Below are positions 1 to 8,348 of a DNA stretch of 64,000 nucleotides, piece after piece. The notes beneath the pieces are model-generated. The model saw only the letters and a list, made by a program, of their open reading frames with translations, made no database searches and was not told the DNA's origin. The stretch is from Minisyncoccota bacterium (lineage in GTDB: Bacteria; Patescibacteriota; Minisyncoccia; Phycocordibacterales; UBA2100). The DNA is taken from contig DATDXU010000005.1 of NCBI GenBank assembly GCA_036517195.1, forward strand, positions 4,975 to 68,974. Direction: 5' to 3'. Each line of letters starts with the position of its first letter. Position 1 is the stretch's first letter. The position numbers were made by a program, and so were the translations under genes.

Positions 1-203
1 AAGAGCGCGGCATGTCTCTCGGCGCATCTACGAAAATTGAGTGGGGAAGTCAAATTCGTTCCTACGTTCTGCATCCGTACACATTAGTGAAAGACCATCG
101 CACGGAGCATGAGAGGCGCGACGCGGACAGAGTTCTTGAGGGAGATATTCAATCGTTTATTGATGCAGAAAAAAATTTGGATAGCTATGGGGGCGAGGTA
201 TAA
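1..203 (+). CDS. prfB: Peptide chain release factor 2, C-terminal fragment; the gene starts upstream of the window
   Basis: The C-terminal motif [20 protein letters not shown] is typical of RF2 and differs from RF1. The ORF runs into the window edge. Confidence 0.65.
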   Translation, partial: ERGMSLGASTKIEWGSQIRSYVLHPYTLVKDHRTEHERRDADRVLEGDIQSFIDAEKNLDSYGGEV

Positions 204-261
204 TGGTCAGGTGTTTCTTGGTTTTCTGAAAGCTGATAGCTAGAAGCCGAAACCTATTTTT

Positions 262-942
262 ATGATTTATTACGACAAAGTAACAAAAGCATACAATGGT
301 GGCACGCCTGCGGTGTCCGATGTCACGCTCAGTGTTGACCCAGGTGAATTTGTGTCCATCGTTGGTCACTCCGGGGCAGGAAAAACAACTCTCTTAAAGC
401 TTTTATTTGCGGAGATAAAGCCGACGACGGGGTCTGTGTATTTTGGTTCGCAAGAAGTGCACCTGATGTCTCAAGCAGAACTTTTGAATTTGCGACGCAA
501 TATCGGTACTGTGTTTCAGGATTTTCGCCTTTTGCCGACCAAAAACGTATTCGAAAACATCGCGTTTGCGATGGAGGTGGCGGGGCATTCTGACGAAGAT
601 ATTCAGGCGGATGTGCCGCACGTGCTTGAATTGGTGGGGTTGTCTGAAAAGATTTGGAATTTTCCGCGCGAACTCTCCGGCGGGGAACAGCAGAGAATAG
701 CGATCGCGCGCGCAATCGTGAATCAACCAGACGTGCTTATTGCGGATGAGCCGACGGGGAACCTTGACCCCATAAACACGCACGATGTTGTTGAAATTTT
801 GAAGAAAATTAACGACCTTGGTACGACCGTGCTTTTAACGACGCACAACAAGTCGGTCATTGAATCTGTCGGCAGACGCGTGGTCACGATGGATCAGGGT
901 CGGATTGTGAGAGACGATAAGAGCGGAAAATATACTCTCTGA
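262..942 (+). CDS. ftsE: Cell division ATP-binding protein FtsE (ABC ATPase)
   Basis: Has a Walker A motif (GHSGAGKTT), the ABC signature LSGGEQQR and a Walker B motif (LIADEP). It is followed directly by ftsX. Confidence 0.85.
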   Translation: MIYYDKVTKAYNGGTPAVSDVTLSVDPGEFVSIVGHSGAGKTTLLKLLFAEIKPTTGSVYFGSQEVHLMSQAELLNLRRNIGTVFQDFRLLPTKNVFENIAFAMEVAGHSDEDIQADVPHVLELVGLSEKIWNFPRELSGGEQQRIAIARAIVNQPDVLIADEPTGNLDPINTHDVVEILKKINDLGTTVLLTTHNKSVIESVGRRVVTMDQGRIVRDDKSGKYTL

Positions 943-1006
943 AATTGGAAAGATGTTGCATGCTATGATTAAAAAGCTAGAAGCTAAAAACTAGCACCTA
1001 CAAGCT

Positions 1007-1933
1007 ATGAACACATGGGTAAATGTAAAAAGGGTGGCTCGCTATGGGCTTATAGGATTCATTAGAAATGGTTTTGTGTCGCTTGCCGCAATTGTGATTA
1101 TGGCTATCACGCTTTTTGTGGTGGCGGGACTTTTGATGGCTGGTTCTGCTCTTGAAAGCACGCTCGTGTATCTCACAGAAAAGGTTGATGTGAATGTGTA
1201 TTTTGTGACGAATGCCGAAGAACAACACATACTTGAGATGAAACGTTCCTTAGAGAGTTTGCCTGAAGTCGCGTCAGTGACGTACACCAATCGGGAACAA
1301 GCGATTGCAGAGTTTCGTGAACGTCACAAAAATGACCAGTTGATATTACAAGGGCTGGATGAACTTGAAAATAACCCTCTCGGCGCGTCACTTTCTGTTC
1401 GCGCGAAGGAGACTTCTCAATATGAATCCATTGCAAAATTTTTAGAAAACACACAGGAGTCGGGGGGCGCGGGCACTCTTATCGAAAAAGTTAATTTTCA
1501 TCAAAATAAAACAGCGATTGACAGGCTGTCTGGCGTTATTGGCGCCTCGCGCCAGATCGGCATTGTTTCCGCAAGCGTTTTCATTATCGCGACTATTTTG
1601 ATTGCTTTCAATACCGTACGACTTGCCATTTATACCGCGCGTGAAGAGATCGGTGTTATGAATATTGTGGGTGCATCGCGTTGGTATGTGCGCGGTCCGT
1701 TTGTTATCGCGGGGGTTCTCTATGGAGTTATTTCTGCACTCATTGTTTTAGTGATTTTATATCCGTTGACATACTCTCTTAGCGGTCCATCTGCCGACTT
1801 TTTTCCTGCATTTGATGTATTCGAACACTTTACCAACTCGTTTCCGTTTTATTTTCTCGTACTCGTAGGGTTTGGCGTGTGTCTGGGCGCCATCTCCAGC
1901 ATCCTTGCGATTCGGAGATATTTGAGCACGTAA
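1007..1933 (+). CDS. ftsX: Cell division permease FtsX
   Basis: Sits immediately after ftsE and shows FtsX topology, with an N-terminal TM helix, a periplasmic loop and three C-terminal TM helices. Confidence 0.8.
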   Translation: MNTWVNVKRVARYGLIGFIRNGFVSLAAIVIMAITLFVVAGLLMAGSALESTLVYLTEKVDVNVYFVTNAEEQHILEMKRSLESLPEVASVTYTNREQAIAEFRERHKNDQLILQGLDELENNPLGASLSVRAKETSQYESIAKFLENTQESGGAGTLIEKVNFHQNKTAIDRLSGVIGASRQIGIVSASVFIIATILIAFNTVRLAIYTAREEIGVMNIVGASRWYVRGPFVIAGVLYGVISALIVLVILYPLTYSLSGPSADFFPAFDVFEHFTNSFPFYFLVLVGFGVCLGAISSILAIRRYLST

Positions 1934-1937
1934 CGCC

Positions 1938-3596
1938 ATGTCTACAAGCAAAGCAATGCGGGGACATAAGTATATTTTTGTTGTTGGGGGTGTTATGTCG
2001 GGGGTCGGGAAGGGGGTCGCGACCGCAACGATAGGGAAGTTACTCTCTGCTCGAGGGCTTTCTGTTAATCTCGTTAAAATTGACCCTTACCTCAATGTGG
2101 ACGCGGGAACGATGAACCCGACAGAGCACGGTGAGGTGTTCGTGCTTGATTCCGGACTTGAGTGCGACCAGGACATGGGCAACTACGAGCGTTTTTTGAA
2201 CCGTGATTTGGGACCGGAAGATTATATGACGAGCGGTATGGTGTACCGCACGGTGATTGAGCGCGAGCGCGCGCTGGGCTACGGCGGGAAATTTGTAGAA
2301 ACGATTCCGCATGTGCGCGATGAAATTGTGCGTCGCCTAGAGCACGCTGCACGCAAGAGCGGGTCTGATGTTTCGGTTGTTGAAATTGGGGGTACTATTG
2401 GGGATTTTCAAAATGCGCTCTATATTGATGCGGCACGCGTCATGCGCTTACAGAGTCCGTCGGATGTTCTTGTTGTTATGGTTTCGTACCTTCCCGTGCC
2501 CGGAACAATCGGGGAAATGAAAACAAAGCCGACACAGAATGCTGTACGTCAGCTTAATTCCTACGGCGTTCAGCCGGATATTATTGTTGCCAGAAGCGCG
2601 GTCGCGCTTGACCAGAGACGGAAAGAAAAACTTGCTGTGTGGTGTAACGTTGACGCGGAGCACATTATTTCTGCGCCCGATGTCGCATCCATTTACGATG
2701 TGCCGATTAACTTTGAACACGATCATCTTTCCGATATTGTATTGAAAGCGCTTGGAAAGAAGGGACGCGCGGATTCTGATTTGTCGGAATGGAAAAAATT
2801 TGTGAATCAGACTCATGGGAAAGGGGGTGGGGTGAAAATCGGTATTGTGGGGAAATATTTTGATACGGGGGATTTTGTTCTTTCCGACGCATACATTTCC
2901 GTGATTGAGGCGCTCAAATTTTCCGCGTATGCCGAAGGGTTAAAACCAGAGATACAGTGGCTAAACGCAAAGGAGTATGAGAAAAATCCTCCGAGCGTAA
3001 AAGAGTTGAAAGGGTATGACGGAATCGTGGTTCCTGGAGGATTTGGAGAAACGGGGGTGGAGGGGAAAATAAACGCAATCAAGTTTGTGCGTGAAAACAA
3101 AATTCCATACCTCGGTCTTTGTTACGGTCTCCAACTTGCGATTGTGGAGTACGCGCGAAGTGTTGCTGGATTGAAGGGGGCGCACACGACGGAAATAAAT
3201 TCTAAAACACCGCACCCCGTAATTGCTGTTTTGCCGGAGCAGGTGGAAAAATTAGCACGCCGTGAATATGGAGCAACAATGCGCCTTGGGGCGTATCCGT
3301 GCGTGTTGAAAGGGGGGACTATTGCTGGAGAGGCGTATGGGAAAAAACTTGTGTCCGAGCGTCACAGACATCGCTTTGAAGTGAATCCCGACTACATTGA
3401 ACAGCTCGAGAAAGCGGGAATGATATTTTCAGGGTCTTCTCCAGACAGACATCTTATGGAAATTGCGGAGCTTCCGAAGAGTGCGCATCCGTTTTTCCTC
3501 GGCACGCAATTTCATCCGGAATTCCGCGCGCGCCCCCTCTCTCCGCATCCACTATTCACCGCGTTCATCAAAGCCGCACACAAGAAGATCGCATAG
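1938..3596 (+). CDS. pyrG: CTP synthase
   Basis: The N-terminus KYIFVVGGVMSGVGKGV matches CTP synthase. A glutamine amidotransferase class-I domain (GLCYGLQ) is present. It lies 4 bp after ftsX. Confidence 0.9.
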   Translation: MSTSKAMRGHKYIFVVGGVMSGVGKGVATATIGKLLSARGLSVNLVKIDPYLNVDAGTMNPTEHGEVFVLDSGLECDQDMGNYERFLNRDLGPEDYMTSGMVYRTVIERERALGYGGKFVETIPHVRDEIVRRLEHAARKSGSDVSVVEIGGTIGDFQNALYIDAARVMRLQSPSDVLVVMVSYLPVPGTIGEMKTKPTQNAVRQLNSYGVQPDIIVARSAVALDQRRKEKLAVWCNVDAEHIISAPDVASIYDVPINFEHDHLSDIVLKALGKKGRADSDLSEWKKFVNQTHGKGGGVKIGIVGKYFDTGDFVLSDAYISVIEALKFSAYAEGLKPEIQWLNAKEYEKNPPSVKELKGYDGIVVPGGFGETGVEGKINAIKFVRENKIPYLGLCYGLQLAIVEYARSVAGLKGAHTTEINSKTPHPVIAVLPEQVEKLARREYGATMRLGAYPCVLKGGTIAGEAYGKKLVSERHRHRFEVNPDYIEQLEKAGMIFSGSSPDRHLMEIAELPKSAHPFFLGTQFHPEFRARPLSPHPLFTAFIKAAHKKIA

Positions 3597-3727
3597 TGTA
3601 AATAAAAAAACGCCCAGGTTGAATGTGCCTTGCGAACAGTTGACAGTGTGTATTGAATATGCTACAAGATGTTTTGCGTCCTTTGACATAGACATAACAA
3701 AATTTCCGTCATTGTGCTGGAGGCCCC

Positions 3728-4819
3728 ATGGAAGCCCAGTATCTTTTGTTAGTACTCCTATTGTTTCCCGTGCTATGGCCTTTCGTTGCAAAACGAATCT
3801 GGCACCAAGATATCTCGTGGACAGAGATGGGACTTAACATAGGTCTTGTTGGACTTCTCGTGGTCGCTATTTTCTATGCTGGTCATTATGCGCAAACAGC
3901 GGATACAGAAATATGGAATGGCGCGGTGACTGGGAAGGAGAAGGAGTGGACCTCTTGCGAGCACAGCTACAGCTGTAATTGCAGAGAATCGTGTTCTGGG
4001 TCTGGCAAAGATAGGTCGTGTAGCGAAGTATGCGACACGTGCTATGAACACAGCAACGATTGGAATTGGAAAGTGCGGACCACCATAGGCAACTTCAACA
4101 TATCCCGCATTGACTCTAGGGGTAGTAAAGAGCCACCTCGTTGGTCTAAAGTTGCTTCCGGTCAGCCGGTGGCGTTTGAAAAACCGTACGTGAATTATAT
4201 AAAGGCAGTGCCGGAGTCACTATTTCACTTCAACAGCAGTTTAAAAGAACAGCATGAAAAACTGCTCGTCCGGTATCCGCGAGTATTTGATTACCATTAC
4301 GCGAATCGGGTAATTCCGGTTGGCGTTACGCTTCCGGACATTGAAGCGTGGAACTATGAGCTCGCGCTCATGCTCCGAGAACTTGGCCCGAAGAAGCAAG
4401 CGAACATCGTTTTGATTGTGGTGAAAACGCCCGATCAGGGATACGCTCACGCCATCGAGGCGCACTGGCTTGGTGGCAAGAAGAACGATGTGGTCGTGGT
4501 GCTCGGTGTTCCCGAGTATCCGAATATCGGATGGGCATACATCATGAGCTGGACCGATAGTCAGATATTCAAAGTCCAACTGCGTGATGCACTGCTCGCG
4601 CTTGGCACTGTGGAAAAAGATGCGGTGTTGCGGACAATTCATCAGCACGTTGCAACAACATTTGTACGCAAACCCATGGCGGACTTTGCGTATTTAAAGG
4701 ATGAAATACGTCCTCCTACCTGGGTCATTGTGTTTGCGGCCATGTTCGGAATTTTGGGCAGCATAGGACTCAGCTTTCTGTTCCGCCAAAAAGATGTGAA
4801 CTTAACCCTTGGAAAATGA
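3728..4819 (+). CDS. Hypothetical membrane protein with a cysteine-rich region (about 10 Cys in 45 aa)
   Basis: Two N-terminal TM helices, the CEHSYSCNCRESCSGSGKDRSCSEVCDTCYEH cluster and a C-terminal TM helix. I recognised no known family. Confidence 0.4.
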   Translation: MEAQYLLLVLLLFPVLWPFVAKRIWHQDISWTEMGLNIGLVGLLVVAIFYAGHYAQTADTEIWNGAVTGKEKEWTSCEHSYSCNCRESCSGSGKDRSCSEVCDTCYEHSNDWNWKVRTTIGNFNISRIDSRGSKEPPRWSKVASGQPVAFEKPYVNYIKAVPESLFHFNSSLKEQHEKLLVRYPRVFDYHYANRVIPVGVTLPDIEAWNYELALMLRELGPKKQANIVLIVVKTPDQGYAHAIEAHWLGGKKNDVVVVLGVPEYPNIGWAYIMSWTDSQIFKVQLRDALLALGTVEKDAVLRTIHQHVATTFVRKPMADFAYLKDEIRPPTWVIVFAAMFGILGSIGLSFLFRQKDVNLTLGK

Positions 4820-4832
4820 AAGGAACGAAACA

Positions 4833-5429
4833 ATGAGCGCGGGTAAAGTAACAGCCATTCTTGTTGCTGGAGTCTTCGCCCTTGGAGCCCTGGCATGTGC
4901 CATAGGCTTTATTGGTGCCTGGAATCTTGGCAACAGGCTAGAACAGGGAGTCCATGCGTCCTGGGAAAACAACAAACAAATCCTAGGGCAGTATGGGCAA
5001 AAAATCCAAGAAATGGCGCAGGTGCCGGAAATACAGCGGGACGACTTGATCGCCGTTTTCACCAAAGCGAACGAGTCGCGGTATGGGAAAACGGGGTCAG
5101 CCGCGGTGGTGCAGTGGATCCAAGAACAAAATCCGAACTTGGACCCCTCTACGTACAAGGGAATTCAGCAGGCGATCGAGGCCGGTCGAAATGAATTTCA
5201 GGCGGCGCAACAGACAATAACCGACAAAAAGCGCGCCTATAGAACGGAACTCGGCTCGCTTTGGGGCGGGTTCTGGCTAAAGATGGCTGGATACCCAACT
5301 ATCAAGATTGGGTATCCGATCGGCACAGAGGATGCATATCCGGTTATCTCGACCTCGAGAGCCGATGATGCATTCAAGAAGGGTCGGGAGGATGCCCCCC
5401 TGAAGTTGCGCCCGCAAGAACCAAAGTAA
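4833..5429 (+). CDS. Hypothetical membrane-anchored protein, weakly LemA-like
   Basis: An N-terminal TM helix followed by a helical domain. The sequence AWN...SW loosely resembles the LemA paralog at 31490. Its start overlaps the stop of the upstream ORF. Confidence 0.35.
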   Translation: MSAGKVTAILVAGVFALGALACAIGFIGAWNLGNRLEQGVHASWENNKQILGQYGQKIQEMAQVPEIQRDDLIAVFTKANESRYGKTGSAAVVQWIQEQNPNLDPSTYKGIQQAIEAGRNEFQAAQQTITDKKRAYRTELGSLWGGFWLKMAGYPTIKIGYPIGTEDAYPVISTSRADDAFKKGREDAPLKLRPQEPK

Positions 5430-5446
5430 GCAACACATCGAATGTG

Positions 5447-5484
5447 GCGCCGCGGGCAACACCCCGCGGCGTTTTTATTTTTTG
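5447..5484 (+). terminator. Rho-independent terminator
   Basis: GC stem GCCGCGGG / CCCGCGGC followed by TTTTTATTTTTTG. Confidence 0.55.
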
Positions 5485-5544
5485 TCCTCGCAGGGAGTGA
5501 TGTTTTAGTGTATCCACGCACCAAAGGATCACCGCGTTATATAA

Positions 5545-5579
5545 GGCGGTATTAGATCCTTGGTGCGGGATTCCGCACC
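5545..5579. repeat. Copy A of a palindromic repeat family with core GGTGCGGGATTYCGCACC
   Basis: Related copies lie at 30800-30833 and 60629-60662. The internal inverted repeat is GGTGCGG/CCGCACC. Confidence 0.5.
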
Positions 5580-5653
5580 GCGAGCAAGCTTTTGGGCTTT
5601 GTTACAAACGTTTGGTATCATGAGCTTGCTCGCGGTGCTTCATTTTAATTCTT

Positions 5654-5704
5654 TGCGGGATCATCTAGTGGTAGGACTTCTCCCTCTGGAGGAGAGTATC
5701 TTGG
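5654..5704 (+). pseudogene. Truncated tRNA-Gln-like fragment (5' 51 nt, D-arm and anticodon arm only)
   Basis: Matches the first 51 nt of the intact tRNA-Gln at 5774 with 2 mismatches, then diverges. It has no T-arm and no acceptor 3' strand. Confidence 0.5.
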
Positions 5705-5773
5705 CCCGCCCCGTTAGATATTTTTGTAGAATACGCGGTTGATACTACAATACACACAGCTTGTTTCCATCGC

Positions 5774-5844
5774 TGCGGGATCGTCTAACGGTAGGACTTC
5801 TCCCTCTGGAGGAGAGTATCTTGGTTCGAGTCCAAGTCCCGCAG
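5774..5844 (+). tRNA. tRNA-Gln (anticodon CTG)
   Basis: Hand-folded cloverleaf with acceptor TGCGGGA/TCCCGCA, anticodon loop CTCTGGA and T-arm CTTGG-TTCGAGT-CCAAG. Confidence 0.75.
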
Positions 5845-5900
5845 CGATGGGCGTAAGCATGCAGATGCCAGTAGTATATGTATATCTAACGGGGTGAAAA

Positions 5901-5915
5901 TCCAAGTCCCGCAGC
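5901..5915 (+). repeat. 15-nt duplicate of the tRNA-Gln 3' end (TCCAAGTCCCGCAGC)
   Basis: Identical to 5831-5845. It abuts the left direct repeat of the islet. Confidence 0.6.
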
Positions 5916-5950
5916 CAGGTTTGAGATAGGTTCGGACTCCGAGGAGCATT
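5912..5950. repeat. Left direct repeat of the islet (CAGCCAGGTTTGAGATAGGTTCGGACTCCGAGGAGCATT)
   Basis: Repeated at 7574-7610 with a single 1-nt indel. Confidence 0.75.
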
Positions 5951-5957
5951 AAAAACT

Positions 5958-6341
5958 ATGAATAATCAAAACAAAGAACCTTGGCAAATAACAGCAGCTC
6001 GGTTTTGCGTAGAGAGAAAAGAGTTTACCTTAAGGGGGTTGGAGACTTTTTTGAAGGAAGAACCGTACAACATTCCTCACGAACACGTAAGAAATTTTTT
6101 CATAGAAAATATTCAAAATCCTCCAGGGCGACAATTCAACAGAGATTTTCGAAAGAGTGCCGAAGGAGAAGGTGGATTGTGGACTGCTCCTTCTGACCTT
6201 GTATCCATGGTGACAGATTATGATGAATTGAGAGAGGCAAGAGAGAGTAGTAGAAAGGCAATGTATATTGCAATCGGGTCTTTGATCGTTGCTACACTAG
6301 TTGGCATTGCTCAAATCATTGTACAGATTTATTACAAATAA
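5958..6341 (+). CDS. Hypothetical protein with a C-terminal TM anchor
   Basis: 127-aa ORF in the islet. The C-terminal hydrophobic helix is IAIGSLIVATLVGIAQIIV. Confidence 0.4.
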   Translation: MNNQNKEPWQITAARFCVERKEFTLRGLETFLKEEPYNIPHEHVRNFFIENIQNPPGRQFNRDFRKSAEGEGGLWTAPSDLVSMVTDYDELREARESSRKAMYIAIGSLIVATLVGIAQIIVQIYYK

Positions 6342-6345
6342 CTTT

Positions 6346-6783
6346 ATGAAGATAATTACTAAAAAGGAATCTGGCAATTCAGGAGAGCAAGAGATTGTAG
6401 ACCTTATCCCATGTCCGAATTGCGGGAAGAAATTGATGAAACTTCCATCAAACTATCCTTTATATGATGTCCAGTGCACTGGGTGTTCATTCCGTGCTCA
6501 AGTTAAAACAAATCAAAGTAAACCAAAATCAGTAGTTTTTGGAGCCGGGTGGCAAATTATGAACAAGGTATTGAAGTCTGGTTATATGACACCACCTCTT
6601 TTTCTAAACTTTAAATGGACAGAGAAAGATGATCAAAAACAAGAAGTCAGATTTTACCCCTTCGTGCCAAAGAAAAATCTCTCTAACTATCGTTTGTCTG
6701 CAACAGCACGTCGTGCAAATTATGAAATGTTTACCTATACGGGAATGGATAAGCTTCCGTATTTTCTAGTATATAAAAAATGA
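6346..6783 (+). CDS. Hypothetical zinc-ribbon protein
   Basis: CPNCGKK...x16...CTGCSF is a pair of CxxC motifs. It overlaps the next ORF by 4 bp (ATGA). Confidence 0.4.
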   Translation: MKIITKKESGNSGEQEIVDLIPCPNCGKKLMKLPSNYPLYDVQCTGCSFRAQVKTNQSKPKSVVFGAGWQIMNKVLKSGYMTPPLFLNFKWTEKDDQKQEVRFYPFVPKKNLSNYRLSATARRANYEMFTYTGMDKLPYFLVYKK

Positions 6784-7478
6784 ACAAGATTCAGGATGAC
6801 ATATTAAGTTATCGTGAGATGTGTGACGCAGAAAATATACAGACACTCCAGCGCGGTATGAATTTTCGAATGAAACCAACATACTCTGTTATTTTGATGT
6901 CTCAAAGATCAAACGCACCGTATCAAGATAGAATTCACGAAGACGGCATAACGATTGAATATGAGGGTCACGATGTTTCTAAAAGAGCTCACGACCATAA
7001 TCCAAAGGCCGAGGATCAGCCAGACAAGTTACCGAGTGGTCGATTAACTCAAAATGGATATTTCATAAAAGCCGCTAAAGACTATAAGGAAAGAGGAACT
7101 GCCCCAGAGTTGGTAAAAGTATATGAAAAGGTATTTCCCGGCGTGTGGTCTCTAAAGGGATTTTTTGATCTAATAGATTACAAAATATTTAATGATGGAA
7201 AACGTAATACGTTTCGTTATATTTTAAGACTTTCTGATCATGGAGAGACGGACACGAGGGTACCGACAAACATCGAACATACTCGCCTAATACCTTCAGA
7301 TGTAAAAAGAGAAGTTTGGAAACGGGATCAGGGTAAATGTGTAATCTGTGGAAATTCTAAGAATTTACACTTCGACCATGATTTACCATTTTCTAGGGGT
7401 GGAACCAGTTTATCAGCAAAGAATGTACGCCTGCTTTGTGTGACTCATAATCTTCAGAAATCAGATAAAATTGAATAG
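6780..7478 (+). CDS. Predicted modification-dependent (type IV-like) restriction endonuclease with an N-terminal SRA/YDG-like domain and a C-terminal HNH nuclease
   Basis: The C-terminus CVICGNSKNLHFDHDLPFSRGG...NVRLLCVTHN is an HNH His-Me finger. The N-terminal block YSVILMS...YQDRIHEDGITIEYEGHD plus VKVYEKVFPGVWSLKGFFDLIDYKI resembles the SRA motifs [26 protein letters not shown] and RYDGIYKVV. This comparison was made from memory, with no search. Confidence 0.55.
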   Translation: MNKIQDDILSYREMCDAENIQTLQRGMNFRMKPTYSVILMSQRSNAPYQDRIHEDGITIEYEGHDVSKRAHDHNPKAEDQPDKLPSGRLTQNGYFIKAAKDYKERGTAPELVKVYEKVFPGVWSLKGFFDLIDYKIFNDGKRNTFRYILRLSDHGETDTRVPTNIEHTRLIPSDVKREVWKRDQGKCVICGNSKNLHFDHDLPFSRGGTSLSAKNVRLLCVTHNLQKSDKIE

Positions 7479-7573
7479 TTGCTCGTTCCTGAAGAGCATC
7501 AAAATAGTAAACTTAAAAGCGTCAGAAAAGCTTTATGGGGTCTCACTTTGAAAAATACGAGACCGAAGGGGTC

Positions 7574-7610
7574 AGCCAGTTTGAGATAGGTTCGGACTCC
7601 GAGGAGCATT
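7574..7610. repeat. Right direct repeat of the islet
   Basis: CAGCCAG-TTTGAGATAGGTTCGGACTCCGAGGAGCATT matches 5912-5950. Confidence 0.75.
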
Positions 7611-7618
7611 GTATCTAT

Positions 7619-8212
7619 ATGCTAAAAATTAGTTTGAGCAAGTATCAACTGAACGAATGTTTAAATTCGTTTTGTTGGACTTTTAAGATTGGCGATAACA
7701 TTCTTTATAATTTAGATCTCATATTCCAACTTGTGGACGACCACAATAAGCTAGCGGGGCGCAAATATGCTAAGCCCATATCAATACTCTGTGTCTCAGT
7801 TATAGAGGGAGCACTTGTTGATTTTTTAGAACGTTTAGATTCTGCAACGCGACATTTCCCGAGTAAACTAGACTCGAAAAAAAAGGACATAAAGAAAGAA
7901 TTAGAGGGAAAAAAGAATGATTTTGAGATAATCTACAAAGGGAAGGTTTATAAGTATAAACGACTAAAAAATTTCGGGTACAAAGAATTGATAAAGTTTT
8001 ACGAGGATTTTAAGATTCTAGGTTCAAGGTCTGCCGATTATCAGATACTGCAAGAGCTGGGTCGTTTCCGCAATCGGGTCCATATTCAAAATTACTTTAG
8101 AAACTTTGAACAAAATGAGTCCTGTACATTCTCTGAAAACAGAAGCCAGAGAGCTATTGATTACATGGAAAGTGTATTTAAATACCTTAGTAAAAACTAT
8201 CCGCGCCCATAA
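7619..8212 (+). CDS. Hypothetical protein from AT-rich DNA, possibly HEPN/Abi-like
   Basis: K/E-rich protein of about 197 aa in low-GC DNA just outside the right direct repeat. ELGRFRNRVHIQ resembles the Rx4-6H motif of HEPN/Abi_2 proteins, but this is weak. Confidence 0.35.
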   Translation: MLKISLSKYQLNECLNSFCWTFKIGDNILYNLDLIFQLVDDHNKLAGRKYAKPISILCVSVIEGALVDFLERLDSATRHFPSKLDSKKKDIKKELEGKKNDFEIIYKGKVYKYKRLKNFGYKELIKFYEDFKILGSRSADYQILQELGRFRNRVHIQNYFRNFEQNESCTFSENRSQRAIDYMESVFKYLSKNYPRP

Positions 8213-8348
8213 TTCATTTTCATTGTTGTCTCAGCTTCGGCCCACTCAGCTGTTCCGAGAAGGGTCGAAATGGTAGAATAAAAGTAATCAAAAAAGTCTT
8301 ATAGAGCTTGATGGGTAAATTTACAAGATCGAGAGGGCCAGCAAAAAT

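Larger units (their letters stand above)
5912..7610. mobile_element. Putative integrated islet of about 1.7 kb, low GC, flanked by 37-39 bp direct repeats next to tRNA-Gln; I found no integrase
   Basis: Direct repeats sit at both ends. GC is visibly lower (about 38%) than in the flanking DNA. A tRNA 3'-end copy is adjacent. The cargo is an SRA-HNH nuclease. Confidence 0.45.

Noticed and set aside
5560-5905. ORFs 5560..5742(+) and 5714..5905(-) across the tRNA-Gln locus
   Set aside because: They overlap the tRNA gene, its pseudo-copy and repeats, so they are not coding.
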